Shown here: one piece after another, positions 7,908 through 18,282 of the stretch | Position numbering within the stretch: position 1 is the stretch's first letter | Layout: each line of letters starts with the position of its first letter | Assembly: GCA_964596415.1 (NCBI GenBank) | Contig: CAZQSX010000001.1 | Location: 37,508 to 101,507 of the forward strand | Reading direction: 5' to 3' | DNA: 64,000 nt | Source of the DNA: an uncultured Gammaproteobacteria bacterium | GTDB lineage: Bacteria > Patescibacteriota > Microgenomatia > Levybacterales > GWA1-39-11 | Position numbers and translations under genes: made by a program | Notes under the pieces: generated by a model | Database searches by the model: none | What the model saw: the letters and a program-made list of their open reading frames with translations, nothing else | What the model was told of the DNA's origin: nothing

Positions 7908-9794
7908 TTAGAGGAAATCTGGAGGTGCTTCTTCCAATTTCCTTTTATTATTATCTAACACTTCTTGTGGTAATTCAAAGATAAAACGAGATATGGAATT
8001 AGTTACGCGTTGTCCAAAGAATAATCTACGTTTTGCAAACGTGAGATACAGTTTTTCTTTTGCTCGTGTGATGCCCACATAGGCAAGTCTTCTTTCCTCT
8101 TCAATTGCAGATGAATCTAAAAGGGATTGTGCATGTGGGAAGAGACCTTCTTCCATGCCGATTAAAAAAACCATTTTAAATTCAAGTCCTTTTGCAGCAT
8201 GAATTGTCATGAAGGTTACAGCGTCTGGTTTGCCAAAATTTTTTGGCTGATCAGGCAAATGTTCTTGTTCAACGAGCGCAACATTTTCTAAAAATTGTGT
8301 AATATTTGGGAATTCAATCGCAACAGATCTAAGTTCCTTAATATTTTCAAGCCTATTTCTGTCTTCCGGATCCGATTCGTCATAAAGTGCAAGATAGCCA
8401 GTTTTTTCCAAAAGTAAATCAAGTAAGTCTATCGTTGGTTCTTCGTCAACATTCATGCCCTCTAATTCTTCAAGCAGTTTTGTAAAAATAGAAAACCTTC
8501 TTTTTCCAAGTTTCTCAATCCTTTTTTTTGCAACTGAATCTTTTCTGTTAACTAAAAAAGCAAGATAAGAAAGCGCATCTTTGATTTCTTTACGAGCATA
8601 AAATCTAGTTCCCCCAACTAATAAATACGGAATTGCGTGATGTATAAACGTTTCCTCAAGGGCACGTGACTGTGCATTCGTTCTATAAAGAACCGCAACG
8701 TCCGAGAAAGAAAAATGACGGTCATGATTTTTTTCCTCAAGTATTTTTTGTATGATAAATTCTGCCTCACTGTGTTCATTGTCTGCTAAAAATAAATCTA
8801 TATCTGCTCCGTAATTTTTATCAGTCCACAGTGCGAGAACGGGGTGAGATGAGTTATGAGAAATGACCGAATATGCAGCGTCTAGTATAGGTTTGGTAGA
8901 TCTATAATTCTGTGAGAGGGAAAGCTTTTTTGCGTTTGGAAAATCGATAATGAATTTTTCTAAATTTTTGTAGTCAGCTCCTCTAAAAGAGTAAATGCTT
9001 TGAGCAAAATCTCCCACAATGCAAATATTTTTAAAAACACCTGAGAGCATTTTTGTGAGTAAGTATTGTGGTTGATTTGTGTCTTGATATTCATCTACTA
9101 AAATATACCTAAATTGATTTTGATAATTTTCAAGAATTTGTTTTTGAGTTTTAAAAAGCTTTATAACAAGAAGCAGTAGGTCATCAAAATCAATTGCATC
9201 TGCTTCTTTTAACAGTTCTTGGTATAAAGGGTAAATTTTTGATATATGCTTTTGAAATTGTCCTCGTGCTAGTTCGGTATATGTTAAGGGATCAATCATT
9301 TGGTTTTTAATATCAGATATAGTGTGAAGTGCAGACCTTGGCTTAATATCTTTAATAGACAAGTCTAATTTTTGCATTGCTTGCTTTACGACCTCTAATT
9401 GATCTTCGCTATCATATATTCTGAAACTTGAAGAATAACCAACGTAGGCTGCATAGCGTCGTAAAATTCTTGCACAAAGTGAGTGAAAAGTTCCTACAAT
9501 CGGAAGATTTGAGTGTAGATTTAAATCGAGTAATGCTTTTTCAATTCTTTCCTTCATCTCAGAAGCGGCCTTATTTGTAAATGTGACCATGAGGATATTA
9601 TCTGCTTGAGCAGTTTTTTCAGTCATGAGGTATAAAACTTTATGAATAAGCACCTTTGTTTTGCCACTGCCTGCACCAGCAAGAATTATGATTGGTCCAT
9701 CTGTTTGCTCAACTGCTTTTGTTTGTTCCGGGTTCAGCGTATTGAGGATGTGATTCATATGTTGGTATAATAAGTGTACCTTAGAGTAACCCAT
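7908..9794 (-). CDS. UvrD/PcrA-type superfamily-1 DNA helicase
   Basis: Walker A AGAGSGKTKVL, motif II LVDEYQDTN, motif IV YRS, and a C-terminal GITRAKEKLYLT. Confidence 0.9.
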   Translation of the reverse strand: MGYSKVHLLYQHMNHILNTLNPEQTKAVEQTDGPIIILAGAGSGKTKVLIHKVLYLMTEKTAQADNILMVTFTNKAASEMKERIEKALLDLNLHSNLPIVGTFHSLCARILRRYAAYVGYSSSFRIYDSEDQLEVVKQAMQKLDLSIKDIKPRSALHTISDIKNQMIDPLTYTELARGQFQKHISKIYPLYQELLKEADAIDFDDLLLLVIKLFKTQKQILENYQNQFRYILVDEYQDTNQPQYLLTKMLSGVFKNICIVGDFAQSIYSFRGADYKNLEKFIIDFPNAKKLSLSQNYRSTKPILDAAYSVISHNSSHPVLALWTDKNYGADIDLFLADNEHSEAEFIIQKILEEKNHDRHFSFSDVAVLYRTNAQSRALEETFIHHAIPYLLVGGTRFYARKEIKDALSYLAFLVNRKDSVAKKRIEKLGKRRFSIFTKLLEELEGMNVDEEPTIDLLDLLLEKTGYLALYDESDPEDRNRLENIKELRSVAIEFPNITQFLENVALVEQEHLPDQPKNFGKPDAVTFMTIHAAKGLEFKMVFLIGMEEGLFPHAQSLLDSSAIEEERRLAYVGITRAKEKLYLTFAKRRLFFGQRVTNSISRFIFELPQEVLDNNKRKLEEAPPDFL

Positions 9795-9811
9795 TATACA
9801 CGTTTTTACAT

Positions 9812-10489
9812 ATGGACAAAAAGAAAATAATTGCGAATTGGAAATCCTTTAAAACCGCAGAGGAGACTATAGTTTTTCTGGACGTTTTAAAAGATGTACT
9901 TCCAAGCGTAAATCTATTAAACAAGGAAATAATTATTCTTCCATCCTATTTATCTATTCCACCTGCATTTGCATACATTGAAGCTGAGGGTTTACCCATT
10001 GCTATAGGCGCGCAGGACATATCAGGCTTTGACCCCGGTGCTTATACTGGAGAGGTGAACGGGGAGCAGATTGCTGAATTTTGTAGGTACGTTTTAATAA
10101 ATCATTCTGAGCGTAAACGGTATAATCATGAAGCGGATCAAGAGGCAAGAAGTAAGGTATTAATGGCGAAGAAATATAATTTGTCTTCCCTGTTTTGCAT
10201 TCAAGATGAAAATGCTGCTGTGCCTGATGGAGTTATTGATGTTATGTATGAGCCTCCGTCTGCAATTTCTACGTTTCAAAAAGATGCGCACGTAGAAGAT
10301 GCTTCAGAAATTGAATACGTATTTAAAAAAATGAAGGAGCGTATTCCATCAGCAAATTTTTACTATGGTGGGTCCGTTAATGCGGATAATATAGATTCAC
10401 TCTTGCAGATTCCAGGTATTTCAGGCTTTTTAGTTGGTGGAGCAAGTCTTGATATTGAAAAATTTTCAGAACTACTTCTGTCTTTTTAA
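9812..10489 (+). CDS. tpiA: triosephosphate isomerase
   Basis: ANWKSFK, GAQDISGFDPGAYTGE, HSERKRY, catalytic YEPP, YGGSV, GFLVGGASL. Confidence 0.8.
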   Translation: MDKKKIIANWKSFKTAEETIVFLDVLKDVLPSVNLLNKEIIILPSYLSIPPAFAYIEAEGLPIAIGAQDISGFDPGAYTGEVNGEQIAEFCRYVLINHSERKRYNHEADQEARSKVLMAKKYNLSSLFCIQDENAAVPDGVIDVMYEPPSAISTFQKDAHVEDASEIEYVFKKMKERIPSANFYYGGSVNADNIDSLLQIPGISGFLVGGASLDIEKFSELLLSF

Positions 10490-10495
10490 TTTTTC

Positions 10496-11626
10496 ATGAA
10501 ACAACGAAAAAAGAAAAAAATATTTCTCATTGTGTTTCTTCCAATTTCAATTCTTATTGTACTTATTATTATTAGGTTTTTTTCTCTGTTTTGGGGAGTA
10601 GTTGTTGATAAAAACATTCACATAAAAAAGAATGAACAAGGGGTTATTAATATATTACTTTTGGGGATAGGAGGGGGCGCACATGACGGACCAAACTTGA
10701 CCGATACTATTATTCTTGCATCACTTGACCCTAAAAAAAATACAGTAAATCTTATTGCTATCCCCAGAGATTTATACGTGCCTGCTCTAAAGGGAAAAAT
10801 AAATAGAGTGTATTCTGATGGGGAAGAAAAAGGGAAAGGAAAAGGGATACTTTTAGTAAAGTCTGCAATAAATTCAGTAACAGGAATAAAGCCAGATTAC
10901 GTGGTTGTTATTGATTTTTCAGGGTTTGTGAAATTGGTAGATTTACTTGGTGGGATAGATGTTATGGTTAAGAATCCACTGACAGATTATGAGTACCCAA
11001 TTACTGGTTCAGAAAATGAGCTTTGTGGATATGAACAGGATAGTATTGCTTCTTTTTCTGCACAGATTGCGACTGGTTCTGCAACAGAACCGGAAATATT
11101 TCCCTGCCGATATGAAACACTTCATGTAGATGCTGGAGATATTCATATGGATGGTGAATTAGCATTAAAATTTGTTCGGTCAAGACACGCGATAGGGATG
11201 GAGGGAACTGATTTTGCAAGATCAGCGAGACAGCAAGCAGTGATTAACGCAGTAAGAAGTAAGGTACTCTCCCTTGGTACCTTAACAAATCCGGTAAAAA
11301 TTGTGGGGATAATTGACATATTAACTGATCATATTAAGATGGATATTGCAGAAAATGAGATAGATGATTTCATAAAACTTGCCCAGAAAATGAAAGATGC
11401 AAAGATAACAAATTACGTATTAGATATGGGGGATGAGCGGGTAGCAAGACCTGGATTACTTGTTCATCCTGATATTTCTGAAGAGTATGGATTTCAGTGG
11501 GTCTTGGCGCCAAGACTTGAAGGGAATGATTTTTCAGAAATAAAAGAATATATAACCTGTATTGTTCTGGGTAAAGTTTGCGAAGTGACGAAAAATGCAG
11601 TAATTGTTTCAGAGCCTAATAAGTAA
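10496..11626 (+). CDS. LytR-CpsA-Psr (LCP) family cell-wall polymer transferase
   Basis: N-terminal TM, then INILLLGIGGGAHDGPNLTDTIILASLDP...NLIAIPRDLYV (the LCP signature). Confidence 0.8.
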   Translation: MKQRKKKKIFLIVFLPISILIVLIIIRFFSLFWGVVVDKNIHIKKNEQGVINILLLGIGGGAHDGPNLTDTIILASLDPKKNTVNLIAIPRDLYVPALKGKINRVYSDGEEKGKGKGILLVKSAINSVTGIKPDYVVVIDFSGFVKLVDLLGGIDVMVKNPLTDYEYPITGSENELCGYEQDSIASFSAQIATGSATEPEIFPCRYETLHVDAGDIHMDGELALKFVRSRHAIGMEGTDFARSARQQAVINAVRSKVLSLGTLTNPVKIVGIIDILTDHIKMDIAENEIDDFIKLAQKMKDAKITNYVLDMGDERVARPGLLVHPDISEEYGFQWVLAPRLEGNDFSEIKEYITCIVLGKVCEVTKNAVIVSEPNK

Positions 11627-13844
11627 GTTTGTAAATTATTGTTTTCTCCTGGGATCCTTTGAAGATTATTTTTCCAAGCGTTTTAAATTTTTCTTCTGAA
11701 ACATTATATTTTTCTTTTTCCTCATTTCCCACTATTACATATTCCACCTGATATTTTTTAAATAACGGTATTGAAGTTGCAAGATCTCCTTCATACATTG
11801 TTCTTACCTCCTCGATTCTTGGTGCAGGAATGTCATAGCTTCCACGCCATAACCATTCGTGTACTGTCCAGCCCAATATCGTTGGAAGACCGGTGTTTGC
11901 AGAAATTCGAGCGGCGTTCGTATAGGAATCTCCCTGAGCCTCTAAAATAACTGGTTGATTAGAGATAGATGAATTTAGAAATTGAATTGCTTGTAGGTCA
12001 TCTGGATTTATTTTTTTAATATAATCAGTTCCGTTAAGTCCTTTGTATTCTCTTAAGTCTGAATAATAGGATCGAATTGCAAAATAAGGATAAATAAGAA
12101 CTCCTGTCAGAAGGACAAATGTTATAAGAAAGAAAATTATTTTAAGTGCAACATTTTTTATACGTGAAAAAAGGAAAACTATGATATAGGCACTTGCAAG
12201 CGTAAGTAGCATAAATGCTTGATAAACTAATTTAAACATTGTATTTGCTCGGTAATGCGCTGGATAAATATCTTTTGCATATAAAAACTCAGGCGTGAGA
12301 ATAAGTAGAAATGAAATAATAATAATAAGTAGAATAAAAATATTTGTCATATTTTTGGGAAATGCTAAAATGTAGGACTTGTCTTTTTGGGAAAATTGAA
12401 AGATTTTTTTTGTTCTCATCATTAGAAACGCAACAAATGAACCGGTATAGAAAATAAAAAATCCGTATAAAATAAGCAGTTGATAAAGTTCAGATTTTTG
12501 ACAGTGATCTTTTTCAAATAAAAAAGGTCCAACCTTTCCGATATTCGTTAAGAAATCAGGAGCACATATAATTCCTACTCCAGATACAAACGGTTTGAAA
12601 AAGATATTGAAAGGTAGAGAAAATAAAAAATAGAAAATGATAATCAGTCCCACTGCGTATATGTTTTCTTTTATAAATTTTTTAAAATTATGAACGGCAC
12701 GTATATAGGGAAATACTAAGTGTTTTTCTTTTTTATGCATGGAAAAGTTGAGTAGTTTAATTTTTAGAATAATTATTATGAAAGTGGTGAGCCCTAAATA
12801 AATGATCCCGTCCCATACATTTGTCATATACATAATTGCAAGAAAAAGAGCTAATGTTGTAGTTTGAAGTTTTGTAAAAACCCCGTTTTTTAATACAGTA
12901 AAAGAAAGCGCCAGTGTTAAAAGTACGAATGGAATATCTAGAACGTGTCCATGCAAATCAGAGACAATAAATGAATACAGTGGAAATTCATGGATTGTTA
13001 AAGGGATAAATCTAGTCGCATTTGGATACCAGTAGTCATTTGGGAATGTATTTGGTAAAAAAACAAGATTCCATGGGGGAGTTGGTTTCTCTCCTATATA
13101 TGGTTGAAATAATGTATATATTGTATGTAGGTTTCCTGACAGGGATAGTAGTGTGCCGCCAAGAATTCCTCCTAGTATGCGTTTTTTTACTTCAAACTTT
13201 TCTAAGAAGTTGAAAAGAATGGAAAATCCACCACTTAGTGTAAATGCAAAAAGTGTAGCAATCATTAAGTTATAGGAAATATAGTTAGGAACCATAGATA
13301 ATTTTGTGAGCACTGCAGTTGCTAAATGACCAAAGAAATAATAATTTATGGGAAGTGGAGTAAACCACATATCTTTTGGAGGAAAATATTCACTTCTTAA
13401 GATTGAGTTTACAAACCCATAATCCATGAATTTTTCAAGCGATTGAATGCTTGGTTCATGTGCTCGAACATACGCCCAGAAACAGAGCGCTGAGAAAAAA
13501 AGAAGTTCTTCAAAAATAATTACTTTTGCAAGAAAAGAGACTTTTTTTGAAATGTGAATATTTTGTTTGAGGGTTTTTTTTAAAATATACATATTTCCAA
13601 TAAGTGAGATAAGTAAAACAAAAAGTATGGAGTAAACGTTAAACGGTAGAATGTGAAGCGTTCCTAAAACCAGAAGTACATAAGACAAAATGCCAATTCC
13701 CAATACTTTTGAGAAAATATAAAAATAGTCCTGACTTTTATGAAATAAAAGCATGGAGAGGGGAAGGAAAATAAATCCTATTCCTAAAAGTATCGCCCAC
13801 CATTGTAATATATATAAAAAATCACCTTGCATGAATGAAAACAA
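11616..13844 (-). CDS. large polytopic membrane protein (>12 TM) with a C-terminal extracytoplasmic domain; putative GT-C-fold glycosyltransferase (DUF2298/YYY-like?)
   Basis: 742 aa, a hydrophobic N-terminal two-thirds, and a C-terminal soluble domain of about 150 aa. Family assignment is uncertain. Confidence 0.55.
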   Translation of the reverse strand: MFSFMQGDFLYILQWWAILLGIGFIFLPLSMLLFHKSQDYFYIFSKVLGIGILSYVLLVLGTLHILPFNVYSILFVLLISLIGNMYILKKTLKQNIHISKKVSFLAKVIIFEELLFFSALCFWAYVRAHEPSIQSLEKFMDYGFVNSILRSEYFPPKDMWFTPLPINYYFFGHLATAVLTKLSMVPNYISYNLMIATLFAFTLSGGFSILFNFLEKFEVKKRILGGILGGTLLSLSGNLHTIYTLFQPYIGEKPTPPWNLVFLPNTFPNDYWYPNATRFIPLTIHEFPLYSFIVSDLHGHVLDIPFVLLTLALSFTVLKNGVFTKLQTTTLALFLAIMYMTNVWDGIIYLGLTTFIIIILKIKLLNFSMHKKEKHLVFPYIRAVHNFKKFIKENIYAVGLIIIFYFLFSLPFNIFFKPFVSGVGIICAPDFLTNIGKVGPFLFEKDHCQKSELYQLLILYGFFIFYTGSFVAFLMMRTKKIFQFSQKDKSYILAFPKNMTNIFILLIIIISFLLILTPEFLYAKDIYPAHYRANTMFKLVYQAFMLLTLASAYIIVFLFSRIKNVALKIIFFLITFVLLTGVLIYPYFAIRSYYSDLREYKGLNGTDYIKKINPDDLQAIQFLNSSISNQPVILEAQGDSYTNAARISANTGLPTILGWTVHEWLWRGSYDIPAPRIEEVRTMYEGDLATSIPLFKKYQVEYVIVGNEEKEKYNVSEEKFKTLGKIIFKGSQEKTIIYKLTY

Positions 13845-13856
13845 TTATATACTGTT

Positions 13857-15287
13857 TTAATATTCTTGACCAGAAGAGACAAGCCCACATTTTTTTACAG
13901 CTTTGCTATGAGAAAATTCTAATAGGTACGCAGTTATAGAGTCATTTTGTGGATCTGGGAATAGAAATCTACAATATTCTTGAGGGAATGTTATATCTTG
14001 GCGAATTATTTCAGTTCTTTTTTTAGCAATGAGCAGATACTGATAATTATATGTAATACCATCATTTCCTGAGAGATGATAATTAGTTGCATATACATTT
14101 TGCCCTAAAACGTTCACTTTTCCCCAGATAGTATTTGCAATTGGATCAACTGAGAAAAAAAGTCCTAAAATAGTGAGAAGAAATACTACAAAAATTGAAG
14201 TAGCCTTTACGAAAAAGTTTTTAAGTTGTGTAACAACCACAGAAAACCAAAGGAGAAGGAAGGGAATTATGGGAAGCGCGTATCTTGGGATTGTATAAGT
14301 TTGAAACGTTAGAACAGTTAATGCATACAAAATACAAAAAATTAAAATGAAAAGTATAGTTTTTGTTTGAGCATCAAATCGGGTTACTGTTTGAATGATT
14401 TTTTTTCGATTTTCCTTTCTTATTAAAATAATAATAGTTATAAAAATAGAAATCGCGATTATTATCCAATTGAAGTTTAAAAATAATAGCTGAAGAAAAT
14501 GCTGCGTAGCATATTCATTAAAAATTTTAAGTGTAACTACATTATTAACAATTGTATAGAATGTTCCCTGGTCAGCTGTGTCCGTAAAAATCCAATCGCT
14601 CCACTCACCTTTACCGTTCATATTTAAAAAATTGTCCCAAATATAATAAGCAGCAATAGGAATAATATAAAAGAAAATGTATTTAATTTGCTTCGATTTT
14701 TTTGTAAGTAATATAGTAGTGATATCCAAAAGTAAAAATGTTCCAACTATCAAAAGTCCAGTTTCCTTAGTGAGAATAATTAAACAGAGCAAAAGCGAAA
14801 AAAGTAGATGCTTTTTTTGCAAATATACTAACAAAGTCCAGATGAGAATAATTGTTATAACATAGTCTATTAGTGAAAAAAATGCAGTTGAAATAAGCAG
14901 AGGATTCATAGAAAAGATTATAGTTGAGATTTCTGCGGAGGGTTTACTTGATACTTTTTTGGTTAAGAAATACATTCCTATTATTCCAAGTACTCCCAAG
15001 ATGTATCCAAAGAGATTAAATCCTATACTAGAAAGTCCAAAGAACTGGAGAAGAAAAGCCGAAGACACAATTTTTAATGGTGGGTGTATCGAAGAAAATT
15101 GAGAAAAATAAAGATCAAATCCACCATTAAAAAAATAATACGATTTTACAAAGTCAATATTCCCATCAAGATATGGAAAGCTATTTATAAAAGGAAGAAA
15201 TAACAAGGAGAATATAACAAAGGAAATAAGAAGCGATATGTTATTTCGTGCAGTTTTTAGATACGTTGTAAATTTCAAATTCTCCAT
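13857..15287 (-). CDS. polytopic membrane protein, putative GT-C-fold (ArnT/PMT-like) glycosyltransferase
   Basis: 476 aa with more than 10 predicted TM helices and an acidic first-loop motif (PYLDGNIDF). Overlaps the upstream gene by 47 nt. Confidence 0.55.
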   Translation of the reverse strand: MENLKFTTYLKTARNNISLLISFVIFSLLFLPFINSFPYLDGNIDFVKSYYFFNGGFDLYFSQFSSIHPPLKIVSSAFLLQFFGLSSIGFNLFGYILGVLGIIGMYFLTKKVSSKPSAEISTIIFSMNPLLISTAFFSLIDYVITIILIWTLLVYLQKKHLLFSLLLCLIILTKETGLLIVGTFLLLDITTILLTKKSKQIKYIFFYIIPIAAYYIWDNFLNMNGKGEWSDWIFTDTADQGTFYTIVNNVVTLKIFNEYATQHFLQLLFLNFNWIIIAISIFITIIILIRKENRKKIIQTVTRFDAQTKTILFILIFCILYALTVLTFQTYTIPRYALPIIPFLLLWFSVVVTQLKNFFVKATSIFVVFLLTILGLFFSVDPIANTIWGKVNVLGQNVYATNYHLSGNDGITYNYQYLLIAKKRTEIIRQDITFPQEYCRFLFPDPQNDSITAYLLEFSHSKAVKKCGLVSSGQEY

Positions 15288-16866
15288 TCTTATATTCTAA
15301 TTGAAATTCTCTCTCAAATACATCTGATATTTTAGGTTGATCGGGGTTGTTTATTTGGCTTCTATTAATTTCTATATATGAGATTTTATTTTTAAGAAGT
15401 AATCTGCAAATTTCTCTTTTGGAAGCAGATGAAAACATTATGCTTCTTTCACTTCCTCTTTTTTCCGTGTCATACCCTGCTGACCAAGCAAAATATGGCC
15501 ACCCTAAAAATATTTTTCTTCCAACAATTGATTCAGGAGCAAGAAGAAATGTATTATTAAGAAAAATACTATCAGGAGCTGTGTTGTATAAAATCCATTG
15601 CGCCGTTTTATTATGAGTGTAATCCGAAAGTTGTATTTTTTGATCATTCAGGATGGGGAATAGATCTATAATTCCTGACAGTGTAAGAAAAAACACGAGT
15701 AGAATAGTAACAGGTTTCATGAATTTTTTACGCCAAAGCTTTATGAGAATAAATCCGGTAAACATACTACCCATAAGCATAAAATAATTAAAAAATTTGT
15801 GGTTAGCAGCCATTTCTGGAGAAAATTGAAATAAATTTCCTATTACAAACATGCTAAAAAATGCGAGAAGTACTTTTTTTTGATTTTTATTTGCAAAGAG
15901 AAAACCAAGAATGATAAGTAAAAAGTGAAGTCCTAAATTCATAAACCAATACAAGGTAAAATTTGCAACTGAAAGATTTTCAGAGATAAGATATCCCGGT
16001 TTAAAAACAATACCAAAAGCATTTCCTCCCGAATTCATGTAGAGATATTGGGGATACGAGAATAAACCTGCCATTAAAAGTAGAATTAGCAACTGGCTTC
16101 TTATTTTTGAAAAGAATAATCCAAGAAAAACTAAAACAATTCCGGTCATCATAAAAACGGCTACATGAAAGTAAAAAGAAAGACCAAGTAAAGACCCTAG
16201 TAGCAAGGATTCTGTAATTCCAAGATTTTTCTTTTTAGAAAATATAGGTTTTAACACTTGAGATATTACAAAAAGTGAAAGAGCGAGTGCTGCTGCAAAG
16301 TGTCTCTGGTTTGTATAGATGTTCAGATTCCAGAATGCAGATACAATACCAGTTCCATAATAGGGTGCGAACGAAGAGAAGGAGGTGTTTTTAATTATAT
16401 CCTGAATGTATAAAGTTGAAAGTGGATGTTTTTGAAAGAAATATATGAATGAGAGCGATCCGTTAAATAAAAAAAAGATTACGGTAAGAATTCCAACTGC
16501 CCTTGATGAGAAAACTAACTTTGCAAAAGAATATAACATAACAAGGAGGAGAAAAAATCCAATACTTGATGGAATATTTAATGCGAGATTTATGGGAAGT
16601 CCTATTTTTTCAAGTAGTCCCACAAATGCATAAAACAAGAAATGGTAGTGGATTGGTTCACCTGGGAATAAAGGGTATTCTACTGGAAAATTCCATCCTA
16701 ACGAAAAAGAGCGTATAAGCGGTATGTGCGAAGCGAAGTCGCTCCATAATTTTGAACCAATCAGTATGTTTCCGTTTTGGTATGAGAATGTTTGAAGCAT
16801 TAATATGCATGAGAAAAGGAAGCAGAGTCCAAAGAAGACGCGAATGAGGATTTTGTTAGAAAGCAT
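15241..16866 (-). CDS. polytopic membrane protein, putative GT-C-fold glycosyltransferase
   Basis: 541 aa with about 12 TM helices. Third of three co-oriented GT-C-like genes. Confidence 0.55.
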   Translation of the reverse strand: MLSNKILIRVFFGLCFLFSCILMLQTFSYQNGNILIGSKLWSDFASHIPLIRSFSLGWNFPVEYPLFPGEPIHYHFLFYAFVGLLEKIGLPINLALNIPSSIGFFLLLVMLYSFAKLVFSSRAVGILTVIFFLFNGSLSFIYFFQKHPLSTLYIQDIIKNTSFSSFAPYYGTGIVSAFWNLNIYTNQRHFAAALALSLFVISQVLKPIFSKKKNLGITESLLLGSLLGLSFYFHVAVFMMTGIVLVFLGLFFSKIRSQLLILLLMAGLFSYPQYLYMNSGGNAFGIVFKPGYLISENLSVANFTLYWFMNLGLHFLLIILGFLFANKNQKKVLLAFFSMFVIGNLFQFSPEMAANHKFFNYFMLMGSMFTGFILIKLWRKKFMKPVTILLVFFLTLSGIIDLFPILNDQKIQLSDYTHNKTAQWILYNTAPDSIFLNNTFLLAPESIVGRKIFLGWPYFAWSAGYDTEKRGSERSIMFSSASKREICRLLLKNKISYIEINRSQINNPDQPKISDVFEREFQLEYKNGEFEIYNVSKNCTK

Positions 16867-16870
16867 AACG

Positions 16871-18235
16871 TTATTGTACTATTATTTCTGTAATCCTTTT
16901 TCCTAGCTCTACCGCGTAATTTGTTCCTCTATCCCAAGGGTATACCTGTTCAATGTTTGCAAGATAAACATTTTTAAGAGGGGTTTTAAATTCTGGAATC
17001 TGTTTTGAATAATTTGGAAAAATAATGGGCTGGGCAAATGGCGCATGGAATAGTTCAGATCCAATGATATATTTTTTATAGTTAGGGTTTATTTTTTTAA
17101 GCCAGGGGTCATATAACTTAAGAAGTTGCTGTTCAGTCATTTTGAATCTTGGATCAGTTATTTCCATATAATTACCTAAATAAACGAGATGCTCATTCCC
17201 ATAGTGCTTTTTATCCATAAAATTCGTATGTTCAACGATTGCCAAAATCGGGGATTTTAAATCACACATGTTCAGCCAATATGTATTATCTGAAAAAAAC
17301 GGTTGTTTTAGTCGAAGTACTAAATTCATGGCTCCAATTCCAACTAGTTTTCCTAACTTCTCAGAATAATCCTTGGGGAGTGAGGGTGTAATTTTTTTAA
17401 AAAGAAATGATGGGGTAGTTACAATGACTGTATCATAATTACTAACTACTAACTTTTCTAGACCCACAGTTGAAGCCGAGGATCGCAAGCTTTGCTTACC
17501 ACGAACTTTTTTAAATGTCACTTGAGGATTATTATTTGATGTTAGGTTAACAACCTCTGTTTCATAAAAAAACTTTGCCCCATTTTTTTCCGCCGCTTTT
17601 TGCAGGTGAAGCGCAAACTCCAAAAATCCTCCTTCAGGATAAGCCAAGCTTGGAGTTCTTTTATAGATTCTTGCCCAAAACCAACTGAGAGATACGTCTT
17701 TTGCATATTTTCCCAGCTTGTTATCCATTAAAGGTTTCCAAATCATGTCATATCCTTTTTTTCCCATGAACTTTTTAAGGTACGGTTCTGCTTTGTATTT
17801 TTCAAGTGGGCGCCAGATAGGATTATATTTAAGAAGGGCAAGGGAGACTCCCATGCGGATCCGGTCGGTTAAAGAAAGCTTTGGAAATTTAAGAAGAGAT
17901 GTGGGGGAATCAAGTTGGAAAATTTTGTCATGCACAAATGATGAAGTTTTAGGTCTGACTATTTCAACTTGATGGTGAATCTCAGAGGCAAGATCCAGCA
18001 CATTTTTATCATTTGTGAACCAATGATGATAATGCTTTTCAAGCGTCCAGTCCCACTTCGTCGTTTTACTCCTCAGTGCAGGCACTTTTTTTCTTTGATT
18101 GACAGGCTTAAATCCGACTGCAAGACCTCCCGGTTTTTCATCGAGCTCAAAGACATTAACAGAATGACCACCCTTTGATAGATAGTAGGCTGCTGAAAGA
18201 CCGGTAAAGCCGGCACCGATAATTGCAATTTTCAT
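16871..18235 (-). CDS. FAD/NAD(P)-binding oxidoreductase (amine-oxidase / phytoene-desaturase / protoporphyrinogen-oxidase superfamily)
   Basis: N-terminal Rossmann dinucleotide motif MKIAIIGAGFTGLSAAYYLSKGGHSVNVFE...GG. Length 454 aa. Confidence 0.75.
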   Translation of the reverse strand: MKIAIIGAGFTGLSAAYYLSKGGHSVNVFELDEKPGGLAVGFKPVNQRKKVPALRSKTTKWDWTLEKHYHHWFTNDKNVLDLASEIHHQVEIVRPKTSSFVHDKIFQLDSPTSLLKFPKLSLTDRIRMGVSLALLKYNPIWRPLEKYKAEPYLKKFMGKKGYDMIWKPLMDNKLGKYAKDVSLSWFWARIYKRTPSLAYPEGGFLEFALHLQKAAEKNGAKFFYETEVVNLTSNNNPQVTFKKVRGKQSLRSSASTVGLEKLVVSNYDTVIVTTPSFLFKKITPSLPKDYSEKLGKLVGIGAMNLVLRLKQPFFSDNTYWLNMCDLKSPILAIVEHTNFMDKKHYGNEHLVYLGNYMEITDPRFKMTEQQLLKLYDPWLKKINPNYKKYIIGSELFHAPFAQPIIFPNYSKQIPEFKTPLKNVYLANIEQVYPWDRGTNYAVELGKRITEIIVQ

Positions 18236-18282
18236 ATATTTCGTTTTAACTTAATGAATTCTAATGAACTATAAATATCTTT

